Shown one piece after another: positions 25,022 to 48,900 of a stretch of DNA of 64,000 nucleotides; positions within the stretch are counted from its first letter, which is position 1, and each line of letters begins with the position of its first letter. Position numbers and translations under genes: made by a program. The stretch comes from Lingula anatina (Eukaryota; Animalia; Brachiopoda). A model generated the notes under the pieces. That model was not told the DNA's origin, did no database searches, and saw only the letters and a list, made by a program, of their open reading frames with translations. The stretch lies in NCBI GenBank assembly GCA_051362555.1, contig CM120645.1, positions 24,456,934 to 24,520,933 on the forward strand, in the 5' to 3' direction.

Positions 25022-25558
25022 ACTAAACGTGAAGATGAGAAATTGGCGTCTCCCGGCACATGCGGGTACTAGTATTTAGCTCGCTGCTGAAGTTAAGTTT
25101 ACATGAAGCAGCTCACCTGGATTGTATATACAGGAGACTGAGCAGTACAACATACAGTCACGTTAACACTCTCAGTTCACATTAATTTTACTAAAAACCT
25201 TTCTATCTACAACAAACCTGTATGAAACCATATAATTCCTTGTTTAGACAGAAACGGTTCCTTTAGTGGTACGTAAGCGTTCAGCAGTGCTCAACGTTCA
25301 TCGTCACAATTACATAAATTAACATTTACATCCTTTGCTTACATTTAATTCACTAAAAGGCAATATTTGAGAAGTGAAGCATGTACTAATTGCACTGTTC
25401 GAGCCGTATCGTCGAGAAATAGACAAGGAATATATCGGTACTGTAATATACGGTTATAGTAAAATAGGTAGAGGCAACGCAAGTCCAACAAATATCTCCC
25501 AAAGCGTTTCTGGGAACTTATTAGAACATCTGAGTTATGTCCTCTGGCGTCACCGTTA

Positions 25559-27010
25559 TTAGTTATCGCATATGACCCTGAAGACGAGGTGTGCGAGTGT
25601 CATTCCTTGGTGACCTGTAAACTCCCCTGCAGCGCTGCCAGGACACAGAAAATGGATCCCATCATCACAAGACGTATCCCGCATAGGATTCAGGATATTA
25701 AAACCGTCTATAATTTCTACTTGGTATTTTTCTAAATTCTCCTTTAAAATCTGGTTCACGGCGGCTAACATGTACTCATTGGCGTCCTGGTCGCCATGCA
25801 TCCGCGGTGGAATATTTATATAAATTAGACGAAGATTTGCCGTTCTTTCATCTTTTCGGACGGTTGAAAGAAAGTTCACAAAATTCGGTAGAAGGCTTTC
25901 CAAAAATACTCGAGCTTTGCCGAACACCATTTCGTGAATACCGGCGCTTAGCAAAACAACGTCTTGTTTGGTTGCAGGCGTAGAATTATAACGAGGAAAA
26001 AATGAAGATAAATATTTTGGCATATGTTTCATGTATGGACTCCATTCGAATATGGCTCCTTCGTTTTCTACGATTTTCTGTAAAGTTTGAATGTACTTGA
26101 TATTTTTGTTTGTTGTATTTCGTTTTGATATGAGGCTATTAAAATATTCCCCTATATTTCGAATGTGAGAATCGCCAAATAATCTGAAAGTGATTTTATT
26201 GTTGAAACATTTCCGGAGTTGCTCGTGCTTCATAAAGTCAAAAATACACCCGTCGTTTGTGCCCCAGCGCCACTGTCCTCTTACGTACCACCAGCGTCCC
26301 TTTAGATACTCATTAATGTCTGTTTCTTTGCACTTTCTACTGTCAGCAAGGCCTGGCCTGGCTGCTGCTGTGGGCTCTGAGTAGAAATAATAGAAGATAT
26401 TTAAAATACGATGAATTCTGCCGGGGTGCCGCACACGCTGCCTGGAGACGTGGCCATCATGGTGATGAACGAAAGCCTCATAACGCGTGTAGTCCAAATA
26501 GATAGTGCCATTAACGCTAGAATTAATGTCTGGACAGTAACCCACGTATGACCCATTTAAATAATCCCTCACTGGACACAATATGAATTCCATCCCGATC
26601 AATTCGATTCGGAAATTACTTCCCCCAGCAGACGGGATTTTGGACATGATTTTGTCCGTTAAGACCTGGTATTCCATTATGAAGATACGTATCCGTGGTC
26701 CCGTGAACGACAGCGTGATGGTGTGGCTCAGCCGGGTCATGGAACTGTTGTCACGGCACGATTTATCACATTTATACCAAAAATGGAACATTTGTTCCTT
26801 TTCTGAAACGCCGTTTCTGATTCTGCTAGATTCCAGAGATTCATTTATAGAGTGCTGATTATTTTGGCTGTCTATAAAGCGGAAAATATTATCTGTCATT
26901 CCGCTGAGCCTCAGAGTTAGCAGCCGCCGCCTGTCTATGATATACGTGCACAGGAAGAGACCATATATACTGATAAACGTGCCGAGTGCAGGGAGGAAAA
27001 TATTCTTCAT
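25559..27010 (-). CDS. NXPE-like (Ig-like plus SGNH/PC-esterase) type II membrane protein, 483 aa, intronless CDS
   Basis: Long uninterrupted ORF with an N-terminal TM segment; GGSNFRIEL...VRDYLNGSY resembles the NXPE Ig-like segment; SGNH motifs RLFGDSHIR (block I), LLSAGIHE and DDGIHF (DxxH). Candidate 5'UTR acceptor near 27086. Confidence 0.75.
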   Translation of the reverse strand: MKNIFLPALGTFISIYGLFLCTYIIDRRRLLTLRLSGMTDNIFRFIDSQNNQHSINESLESSRIRNGVSEKEQMFHFWYKCDKSCRDNSSMTRLSHTITLSFTGPRIRIFIMEYQVLTDKIMSKIPSAGGSNFRIELIGMEFILCPVRDYLNGSYVGYCPDINSSVNGTIYLDYTRYEAFVHHHDGHVSRQRVRHPGRIHRILNIFYYFYSEPTAAARPGLADSRKCKETDINEYLKGRWWYVRGQWRWGTNDGCIFDFMKHEQLRKCFNNKITFRLFGDSHIRNIGEYFNSLISKRNTTNKNIKYIQTLQKIVENEGAIFEWSPYMKHMPKYLSSFFPRYNSTPATKQDVVLLSAGIHEMVFGKARVFLESLLPNFVNFLSTVRKDERTANLRLIYINIPPRMHGDQDANEYMLAAVNQILKENLEKYQVEIIDGFNILNPMRDTSCDDGIHFLCPGSAAGEFTGHQGMTLAHLVFRVICDN

Positions 27011-27479
27011 TTCACATTTGGGTGAAGGCCCTATTTTCTGTTGATCGTTTGTTTTGCTGTTGATGCAATAAAATCACTCGGAAATCTGCAAAAAAGAGGA
27101 TAAAGTTTTGAGTTCAGTCGCACTGACCGCAGGAAAGACCTCATAATAACCTATGATATGAGATCTCAAGGCTATAAATATCTACATCTAATTTGTTCTA
27201 TATTTTGTTCGAACTTACATTTATCTTACCGCTGCTAATCTTTTAAGGGAATTTAGACGTTTTTACATATCCATCGTGATTCAGCAAGCAAATCCTGTTT
27301 TTATTTATTACGTTAATTGTAGATGGTTTTATGTAAGAATTAGGCTGTTTTTTTAAGAATCTAAACATTTTCTTTCTTTAATTTTTCTATTTTTACATGT
27401 CTTGGTAATCGTGATTAAGTACTTGTTTTTATGTTAATTCTAATGAAAAATTTTAATGGATTTAAGACTTCACATAAAT

Positions 27480-27525
<46 letters not shown>

Positions 27526-30500
27526 ATCTTTTCACATTTTCTAAGAAAGAGTTTACTTTGGGCAAGGAATGTAAAAATGTAAATACTACTGTATGAACTC
27601 TGGGAACCAAGCATTTTAAATATATGATCATTATATAAGTTGGAATGACATGCATATAATCCTAACATGTTGCTAAAATGTTAGGTTGTGTAAAGCTTCT
27701 TTAAAAATTCATGTCTTTAAGGTAGGTTTAGTTTGTGAACCTTAGCGTTGCTGAAATATAGAGCGCTTATCCCGTAATGTGAATATTTCACTTGTTTTAA
27801 CACTTAAAAGTGTAAACTCCGACTGAAAAACCTGCGAAAAGAAGCGAAGAAAAAAGAAAAAACAATTTAAAACAAATTCTTTGGTTGAAACACGTGCCAT
27901 TTCAATATTAAAATAAGAAAATATATACGCCCAGCTCAGCCTCTAGCATATAAATACTACCGTTGTTATCCAAGATCTGGGAAAGATTGGATATGAATAT
28001 TCAATGACTTTTACCGCGAAGAACTGATGCCGCAGACTCTGGATGGCGGCAGCGGTTATCACCGATTTATGAGGTTTATCGAACAACTAGTCGTTGTCAT
28101 TCCTGTCTTTATAAGCCCGCATGGAATATATCAAGTCTAGTTGGTTTTCTTTAAGCTTAATTTGTGAAAGATATTTTGCGATTCGAGCGATTGTTTATAT
28201 TGTGTGAATATGGTGAATGAGACATCATATCAACTTTAAACATAACACATCATTTGCTTGCACAGAATTTTAGTCACCTTCCCTTGCTATAGTCAGTGGC
28301 TAACCCTTAAACTACCTTTATTTCTTTACTACGTCCTTAATCATCAATCTTCACCTGTTCACGTGGAATATAACGTACCATATTATTAGTCTTTTTAACA
28401 CATGATTTACGACACACCTGCCTGCCCTTTTTGTTATTGTATTTAAAAAAATCGCACACCGGTTGTTGATTTCTCCCAAGTTTAACTGCGATATTGTTCA
28501 CAAAAGAACTTTGTTGACATGTTTTTATTTCCAGGCCAAAGTGCGCTCTATTTGGACGCAAGGCAGTCCACCAGACACAGGTGTTAAGCCTGTTTTAAAT
28601 AGGTATCCCTTTGATGAACGAAATGTCAGTTTGACTTGTTTCACCACTACCCCCTGACCAAATTAAACAACGACTTTCGGAACTTGTTTAGGTTCATAAT
28701 AACTTACTAAGCTTGTTATTCAGAAAACTCACCAACTTCAAATAAAATGCAAATAAAACCTATCATAAGGGATTTAACCCCTTAATTTTTTTCTAGAGAG
28801 TACCTGATGTTAATATTTCCATTAGAGCTTAAAGAAAATTGGTCGATGTTATATTGACTGACCAGTCATTTTAAGCTTAAATCAGCTTTTATAAATTTTA
28901 TCAAAAGTTGAATCCAAGTTCAGAGGGGGATAGTTAAATGATTCATGGGTACGAGAAAGATTGCTCATTTTCCCAGGAATATCTATTTTGAAAGGTAAAT
29001 CTCATGGAGTGTGCCTTTAACATCTTTCGCGTCCCTTCATTTCGTGAAAACAGGTGCCTTTCTTGGTGTTCTGGTCATCGGGTCATTGGGTAGGTCCATT
29101 CTTATATTTTAACTTTGTTTACAGTGACAACCAACTTTATAACAACTAAATTTGCAACGAACTTGGCAGCATTCTGTTATTGAAAAGCAGCCATTGATAA
29201 GCCTTTTTGTGAAAAAAACCAATTTTTGGAGAATGATCAACATTGTGGTAACTGCACAAAATATATAGCGTGTTGACAATCACGTTCTTGTGACGCACAC
29301 TCCAACTGACTCCTATCCGTCAATAATTCAGTTTCATCTGTCTGTATTAAAGTGCATCAATATGTGAAACAATAAACAATTAAAGTTTCATTTGACAATA
29401 GCTAGAGTAAAACGAAAAAGAAGTTTATAATATTTCATCTGTTGACCAGTCAGACTTCATCAGGGAAATGAGGTGTGTGGTAGGTACATTTTGTAGGTCA
29501 GCGTGACATATTGATGTGGCAGTGTATAAGCTTGGTGTGCCATGCTCAATTTTCCACCGAGAATTAACCTAAGTATTTAAAGGAAGAAATCTGAGCTTAT
29601 GTCTTCATTCCAAATCCTTCTGGTAAATTGTTTTTGCGGATTTGCAATTTATATGATAACGTTGCGAATTTGCTGCATATCATGTGAATCATGCAATAAC
29701 GTGAATCATATCTGGGTCTCTGTGGAAGACGACCTTTACTTCAGGTGTGTGATGTGGCCTTTCCACGCGTCCCTGAGAGTGAAACAGCCTCTGGTTTCCC
29801 AGGAATTACTCCTTCGGATATGAAGGATGAGAAATTCAGTTTTAATGTGGTCAAGAGCGTATGTAATTCTTTGGGCGCTCTTTACTATCAAAATAAGAAG
29901 CTTCGCGATCTCATTGAATCAATCAACAATTTACACAGAAGCAGTAGCGTTCCATTGTTGCTAAAATGTTGAAAATTGTACACACATTAAACAATTAACT
30001 TACCTTTAACTGAAAGGCAATAATTCCGTGGCATTCCATCCTGACATTTAAACGCGTTAAAACTGTCTTGATCTCAAAAAAATTATTTTAGCTCAAATTT
30101 CAGGAGGCCACTCCTGTGTACTGGTGAACTGGGTGTCAACGCTCTGAGCTGCCGTCGCGTTCTTTGCGGGGGGTCTCACGGGTTAATCAGCTTGATCAAG
30201 ACGTAGAATTCTCAGTTTTGTCGATTAAAGCGTTCCCGTTCGAGAATAAATCCTAAATCGTTTTTTAAAAGCTAATATTAGTGCGGTTTTTCTTCTTGGC
30301 GCCAGTGAAGTCTCAGCCTTCTAAATATTTCATAAAGATAAATCGATAAGGTGAATTGCCGAGATCAGCCTATTACACAACCAGATTTTACTGGAATATT
30401 TAGCTCCTGTTACATCGTTATTTTTTATATGCCATGGTAGCATAAAATCAGTGACTCAGATAAAATTCCCCTTAGAATCCTTCATTATTTTTGTTTCTTT

Positions 30501-30849
30501 TTAGTTATAGTTGCTTTTTTTTAAATTATTATTTTCTTTAGGTAAAACCTGAAGTCCAACATATTATTTTGGATTCTAGGAATAACTGAACTCTTAGCAT
30601 CGCCTAAGAAAATTGATCGAAAACGGGAACAAATTCAGTCTTGCTGTAGTGCTTATTTAGGTGAAGACAGTTCTTAACTTAAAAGCTTTAGATTTAATGT
30701 TATATGTTAGATGTTCTTTCTCAGGAAATTTAACAAATGCCTCTGACATCAACACGTACATCAGTTGTGCTGACGAGATTGTGTTAGCTGTGACAACCCC
30801 GGAGACATCGGTGTGCACAGTTTCCCTTTTTTCCAGTGGTCTCGGCAAT

Positions 30850-42489
<11,640 letters not shown>

Positions 42490-43583
42490 GGGTTCCAGCC
42501 TTCAGTGCCACTCCTGGCTTTTATTTGTTTTGAAACTCAGGGTCATGGCTGCATGGTTCACTGCAGCACAGTGTGTAGATAGTGTATGTATGGTATTAAC
42601 TGAGCCTGCCCCCCCCCCCCCCCCCCCCCCCCACACACACTGGAATGTGTTACAAGGGGGGAGATGGTTTGCAATATAATTTTGTGTAATATTTATTTTA
42701 GTGGCTTGAGTTACAGTTAGTGATTTAGATACTGTTGAACTAGGTTGGAGTAAAATGTAGTCATTTAATCTACCTTTATTACCTGTATTATTTAATAAGT
42801 AACAATCAGTTTAAGTTAGCCAAGCTTACTTTTGTGAAAGACAAAGAAAAATATCATTCTTTTAATACTTTAAAATCCTTATAAAGATGCCATCATTTTT
42901 TTAGTTATAAATATACATTTTGTCCTGTGAGTGTGGTAAGTTTTAATATGGTTAAAGTAGCTGGTTAATAACATTGTGAAATGTGTAAAATAAAGCCTTG
43001 TCTTTTAATGAGCTTCTGCTTATTTTTTGTATTTTATTGTATAATTTTTGATTAAAGATATTTATTTTGATTCTTGTTTCACAACAAAATGGATGAAAAA
43101 AGCACATTGTGTTAGGAAGTGGAAGCAGGTTAAAGTGGAACTATTAAAAACCAGTTGTATTCATGTCATTTGGCAGCTGTCTTCAGCACTGCAGTGCATG
43201 ACTGCATAGAGAAGGCATTGCAACATGGTCTCTTATATTAAGATTTGTGCCAGATCAAACAATTTTCAAAATGTATGAAGTTATACCATTTGCTGCTGAT
43301 AAAGAAGAGTTCAGTTGGTGTGTCAGTAGACTTTGAACTATTTGATTGATTTTTCAGACTGTTTGCAATATACATGTTTTAGTATGTTAAGTTATCATCC
43401 TGTCTTACTTTGTAAATAAGTATGTATTAATAAGTATATATATATTATAATACTTATGTACTTAATATTTATTATCATCATTATGTTATCATTCAGCAAG
43501 ATACCTTGGTCAGGATTTCTTTTGTGAATGTGGATTTCTTTTATTAATGTGGTTAGTTTGTTACATATATAAACAATGTCAAA

Positions 43584-43872
43584 GTTTAGGACAGGATCCT
43601 AGGTCTGGGCATGTAGTTTAGGATGGGATCCTAGGTCTGGGCATGTAGTTTAGGATGGGATCCTAGATCTGGGAATGTAGTTTAGGATGGGATCCTAGGT
43701 CTGGTGATGTAGTTTAGGATGGGATCCTAGGTCTGGTGATGTAGTTTAGGATGGGATCCTAGGTCTGGTGATGTAGTTTAGGATGGGATCCTAGGTCTGG
43801 ACATGTAGTTTAGGATGGGATCCTAGATATGGGGATGTAGTTTAGGATGGGATTCTAGGTCTGGAGATGTAG
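43584..43872. repeat. 32-bp minisatellite, ~9 copies, in the PHF8 3' region
   Basis: Unit GTAGTTTAGGATGGGATCCTAGGTCTGGGCAT. Confidence 0.9.
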
Positions 43873-45998
43873 CTTTGGTTTGTCTGTTGGAGCACTGAAT
43901 GTCACACACGTTGCTCTTTCATATTTTGGTTAAGGGTTTAATATTTTGTATTCTTAGAACTTTTTAATAACCCTTTTAGAAACTTAAGAAGTAAAGGATT
44001 GATCTGCCTGCAGTTAAATCTGGTAGCTGCCTCTGCTCAGTCTCCCTGTTTGGGTTGCATATCCAAAATGTTTGTATAATTTTAGTATAGAAGAAGTACT
44101 GATGCAGGGTAAGCAGAGTATTGATCACTGCCTGCAGACATTAGGCCCAGCATTGTAGGCTTTTGTTAGCAGTAGGAGAACAGGAAATGAAATATTCTGG
44201 ACCTAAGATGTTATTTATTACTTGTATGGTTGCTTTTCTGCTTTGTCTTCTTAAGAATCTATTTGAAAATACAAAAACCATTCTAAGTCACAATTTATAG
44301 TAGTAACTATAAGTTACATTTAATAAAAAGAATGACTGCTGAAAAATCGAGTTATGAAGAGATTACTATCTCAGGCAGGAATCTTCTTTGTTTGCTCACT
44401 GGTGACATGTGGTTCAAACAATGCTCCATTAATTTTTTTTTGTGTGTAAACATTGATTTTGATGATGGCTGTCTATTTATAAAGGTAACATATCTGAATT
44501 TAGAGAAGAGATAACTATTTGAACAGCAGGAGCTGTGTACTGGTTTACTTTTTCTACTGCGATGACAGATATTTGTAAGATATTGATGTTTACAGTTTAT
44601 GTTGGCCTGTACATAGCATGTAAATATATTTCTGATTTGACTTTTAAAACTGTCAGCTGTCTCTTTTTAATTCAAAGTATACTTTATATGTTAATGCTAT
44701 AAATAATTTCAATATAAAAAAATCCAATAAGAAATACTAGTAAGGGTTTGATCAGCCAGCCAGTATAAGGCACTCAAACAAAAACAAAGGCAGCATTCTC
44801 AACTTTAAGTGGGCTAAAGATGGCTCAGTGTTTGATTTATTAAAGAAACATGTTCGTTTTGTTTTCCTTTATGGAACAGTAACATTATCAGTGCTCACCT
44901 TGAATTATAAGGGGATTATACACAAAACTAGGACTGGTAAAAGTGACCATATGAGTTCCAATTTGCCCTCACATATGTCATTATACCTACACATGTATAT
45001 ATGTACATTGTATTTTTGTATAATCAGTGTTTTCATGGCAGGAAATTGGAATTTTTCAGTTTTTAGGTGGAATTATTTTCTTGTGGCTTATCTCAGCATT
45101 TATTTAGCGTGACACATAGAATACTGTCTGCCATTTTGTTTCTGGCATCAGGTGGTTACTGGTTTACAAGGTAATCTTGGTGAAAGCATAGGAAGGATGT
45201 AAGCATTCAGGATTTCAATACTTGTTAGCTCTGCTGATAAGTTTTTGTTTGTTTTCTATGAAAATAGTGTTTCACTTTGCTTGTAAAAGGGTAAAACTTT
45301 GTTTTTCCACTGAGTGTTTTTTGTTAATGTATAATATGTAATGAGGCAAGATGATGGGTTCAATGCTTGTATGCAGTATTTCACCCCAAATGAAATCTTT
45401 TAATAAATTTGTATAAAGAAAGAAAAAGACTGTTCTAATGTGTTTTTTAAATTTCAATGATAACACACTTGTGATGCATCATTTAACTCAACTAAAACCT
45501 TGGAAAAAAATTTTCAGAAATTAGAGCAGTATCTTTGAAGTATATGTATTTACTTACAGTACATTACTTAACCTGAAAAAATCAAATCTTAATGTAGCAT
45601 CATATACCAGTGATAAGGAATGCCGTGCTGTCAATTGGTCACTTACAAGTTGCAACAGTTTTTCTTCATAGTTTCTGCATGTTAAAGTGATGACAGTTTA
45701 GTGAGGGGCCAGCGTGCACCCTATCAGCCTCTTTTCTACCACCCTGTTTAATGGAAGGTTTGTACCAATAAACTTCAAAGCAGGGCTATAAAATTTCCCA
45801 CGTTTTTAAAAGTTGTTGGTGTGGGATACTGATTCTCACTAATATAAACTGCAAATTGGATTTCCTTTAAAACAATATAAAGTTCACTGGTTAGTGACTT
45901 TTCTACCATTATTCTCTCCTGGGTCTCTAGCCATATGCTTGCAACTCCCCTGATCTTTAAAACAACTTGGTGGTCTTTTCTGCAACAATTGTCCTTGT

Positions 45999-48900
45999 TT
46001 ATCCCATCTCCATGCTTGTCTCTGTGGAAGACTGCTCAGTGCTGTGTTCATCCACTAGAAATGTGACAATGTGTGTAAGTAGCTGCTCTCAAAGTTTCTT
46101 TCACCTATGAACTTCATGCTGAGGGGTTATGATGACTTAAAAGTGGGAAACTTCTAAATTACATACCATTTTTAAACCTCAAAGCTTTAGAATTTTACTG
46201 TAGGTAAAAACTTTACACCAATATTTGCTTATAATTATTATAATCACAAAGTCACTATCATATTAAATGGTATAATGATCACTTTAACCACAACCAAAGA
46301 GGCTACGATTGCATTAAAATTATAAACGAATGTACTTAACAAAAATTAATATTGTCATAACCCAATAATATACAATATTGCTGTAAGTGGTCATGTATTA
46401 GCAGTTATGTCAAATGTGAAAAAAACAGACGAGCTACCTTCCAGGATTCTCTGCATCTCCTGCAGTGCCGTGATCAGCACGTGGAACTGCTTGCGGCGCA
46501 AACTCAACTGAAGGCAACAGGGAACAATGGAATAAGAATATTTCTTATGTCAACAGTAAATTTCACAAAACAGGATATGTATATCTGATAAGTCATGTAC
46601 CAATACTGTCTCTTTGTATTCTTTATTTTATAGGTTAAATGAAAATACCCAGTGGCAGTAATGTTAGTGTTTAACCACTAGATGGCAGCAGCAAGGCAAG
46701 CAGGACACAACTTTAACTCTTAACATGTTAAAACTACATGTCAAGCATCAAGAATTAAACATACCTTTTGTTCCAGTGTTTCTTTTGTTTCCTTCAAGCT
46801 TTCCATTTCTTTATCCAATGCTTCAAGTTGTCTGAAGATCAAATTGTGTACATATTTGTATAAATCATTAAAATGTTCACTTTGCTGACTACCAATACCT
46901 ACAGGAGACACTGACTACATATTTGTATAAATCATTAAAAATGTTCACTTCGCTGACTACCAATACCTACAGGAAACAAAGGCCTACAATTTATTAACAA
47001 CTTATTAGTAAATTCTGAACACATACTACATACACAAGTGCTACATCATAACTACACACTACATACTCTTTACATACATCCTAAAACTTAATACAGATTA
47101 AACTTCATATAAAAACTGTAAAGTATCTTTTCTGGCAAGATTATCTGCAATAACAATGTCCAATATTGGCCACTATACTTTGAATTAAACAAGTCAGCAA
47201 AGCTGTCAAGAGTACAGACCAATAACAACTAGAGGATCAGAGAGGCGATACCGCCTCCGAATATTGTACCACCAGCTGGAGCAAGCGCATTCGTATAGAC
47301 CCCCACATACACAAAATAAGGGACACATCCACCAGTTTTGTGCTTGACAAGCTGTAAAAATGCAATCAACAAGAATTTTTAAACTATTGCAAAAAATATA
47401 TATGGTACAATCAAATTTAAGTTCTTCGTAAGGTAGGTCAAGGGTCAATTTCAAGGTCACAGTAAATTGCCAGTATATGACTTCCTATTCAAGTTCAAGA
47501 GTATTTATGGACCTATCTCTGTCAAGTTTGAAGTTAAAAGAGAAAGAAATTAGCAGAGTTCAGTTCATGATAAAAAGTAGGTCAAAGGTCAATTTCAAGG
47601 TCACATTTAGATTGCCAGTATATGACTTTCTATTCAAGTTCAATAGTAACTATGGACCTATCTCTGCCAGTTTTGGAGATAAAAGGAAAGCAAAATTTGC
47701 AAAGTTCAGTTCATGGTGAAAAGTAGGTCAAAGGTCAATTTCAAGGTCACATTTAGATTGCCAGTATATGACTTCCTATTCAAGTTCAATAGTAACTATG
47801 GACCTATCTCAGCCAGTTTTGGAGATAATAGGGAAGCAAAATTTGCAAAATTCAGTTCATGGTGAAAAGTAGGTTAAAGGTCAATTTCAAGGTCACATTT
47901 AAATTGCCAGTATATGACTTCCTATTCAAGTTCAATAGTAACTATGGACCTATCTCTGCCAGTTTTGGAGATAAAAGGGAAGCAAAATTTGCAAAGTACA
48001 GTTTATGGTGAAAAGTAGGTCAAAGGTCAATTTTGAGGTCACATTTAGATTGCCAGTATATGACTTCCTATTCAAGTTCAATAGTAACTACGGACCTATC
48101 TCAGCCAGTTTTGGAGATAAAAGGAAAGCAAAATTTGCAAAATTCAGTTCATGGTGTAAAGTAGGTCAAAGGTCAATTTTAAGGTCACATTTAGATTGCC
48201 AGTATATGACTTCCTATTCAAGTTCAATAGTAACTATGGACCTATCTCTGCCAGTTTTGGAGATAAAAGGAAAGCAAAATTTGCAAAATTCAGTTCATGG
48301 TGTAAAGTAGGTCAAAGGTCAATTTTAAGGTCACATTTTGATTGCCAGTATATGACTTCCTATTCAAGTTCAATAGTAACTATGGACCTATCTCTGCCAG
48401 TTTTGGAGATAAAAGGGAAGCAAATTTTGCAAAATTCAGTTTATGGTGAAAAGTAGGTCAAAGGTCAATTTTAAGGTCACATTTAGATTGCCAGTATATG
48501 ACTTCCTATTCAAGTTCAATAGTAACTATGGACCTATCTCTGCCAGTTTTGGAGATAAAAGGGAAGAAAAATTTGCAAAGTTCAGTTCATGGTGAAAAGT
48601 AGGTCAAAGGTCACTTTCAAGGTCATAGTAAGATTGCCAGTATATGACTTCCTATTCAACTTCAATAGTAACTATGGACCTATCTCTGCCAGTTTTGGAG
48701 ATAAAAGGGAAGAAAAATTTGCAAAGTTCAGTTCATGGTGAAAAGTAGGTCAAAGGTCACTTTCAAGGTCATAGTTAGATTGCCAGTATATGACTTCCTA
48801 TTCAACTTCAATAGTAACTATGGACCTATCTCTGCCAGTTTTGGAGATATAAGGGACTAAATGTTATAATTTTGGAGTTACCATAATGTGCCTTAAATTT

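Noticed and set aside
24502-25079. Four overlapping repetitive ORFs
   Set aside because: Artefacts of the 30-bp minisatellite.
28990-29020. Kolobok-like terminus GGAGTGTGCCTTTAA (similar TTAAAGGCAAACTC at ~9129)
   Set aside because: No matching opposite terminus found, so an element cannot be supported.
30661-30849. ORF-track N-terminal extension of PHF8 from an upstream GTG
   Set aside because: Family homology begins at ATG 30850 ([10 protein letters not shown]); the upstream part looks like UTR or intron.
47477-48456. ORFs inside the 146-bp array
   Set aside because: Repeat-derived, frameshifting between units, with no recognisable domain.
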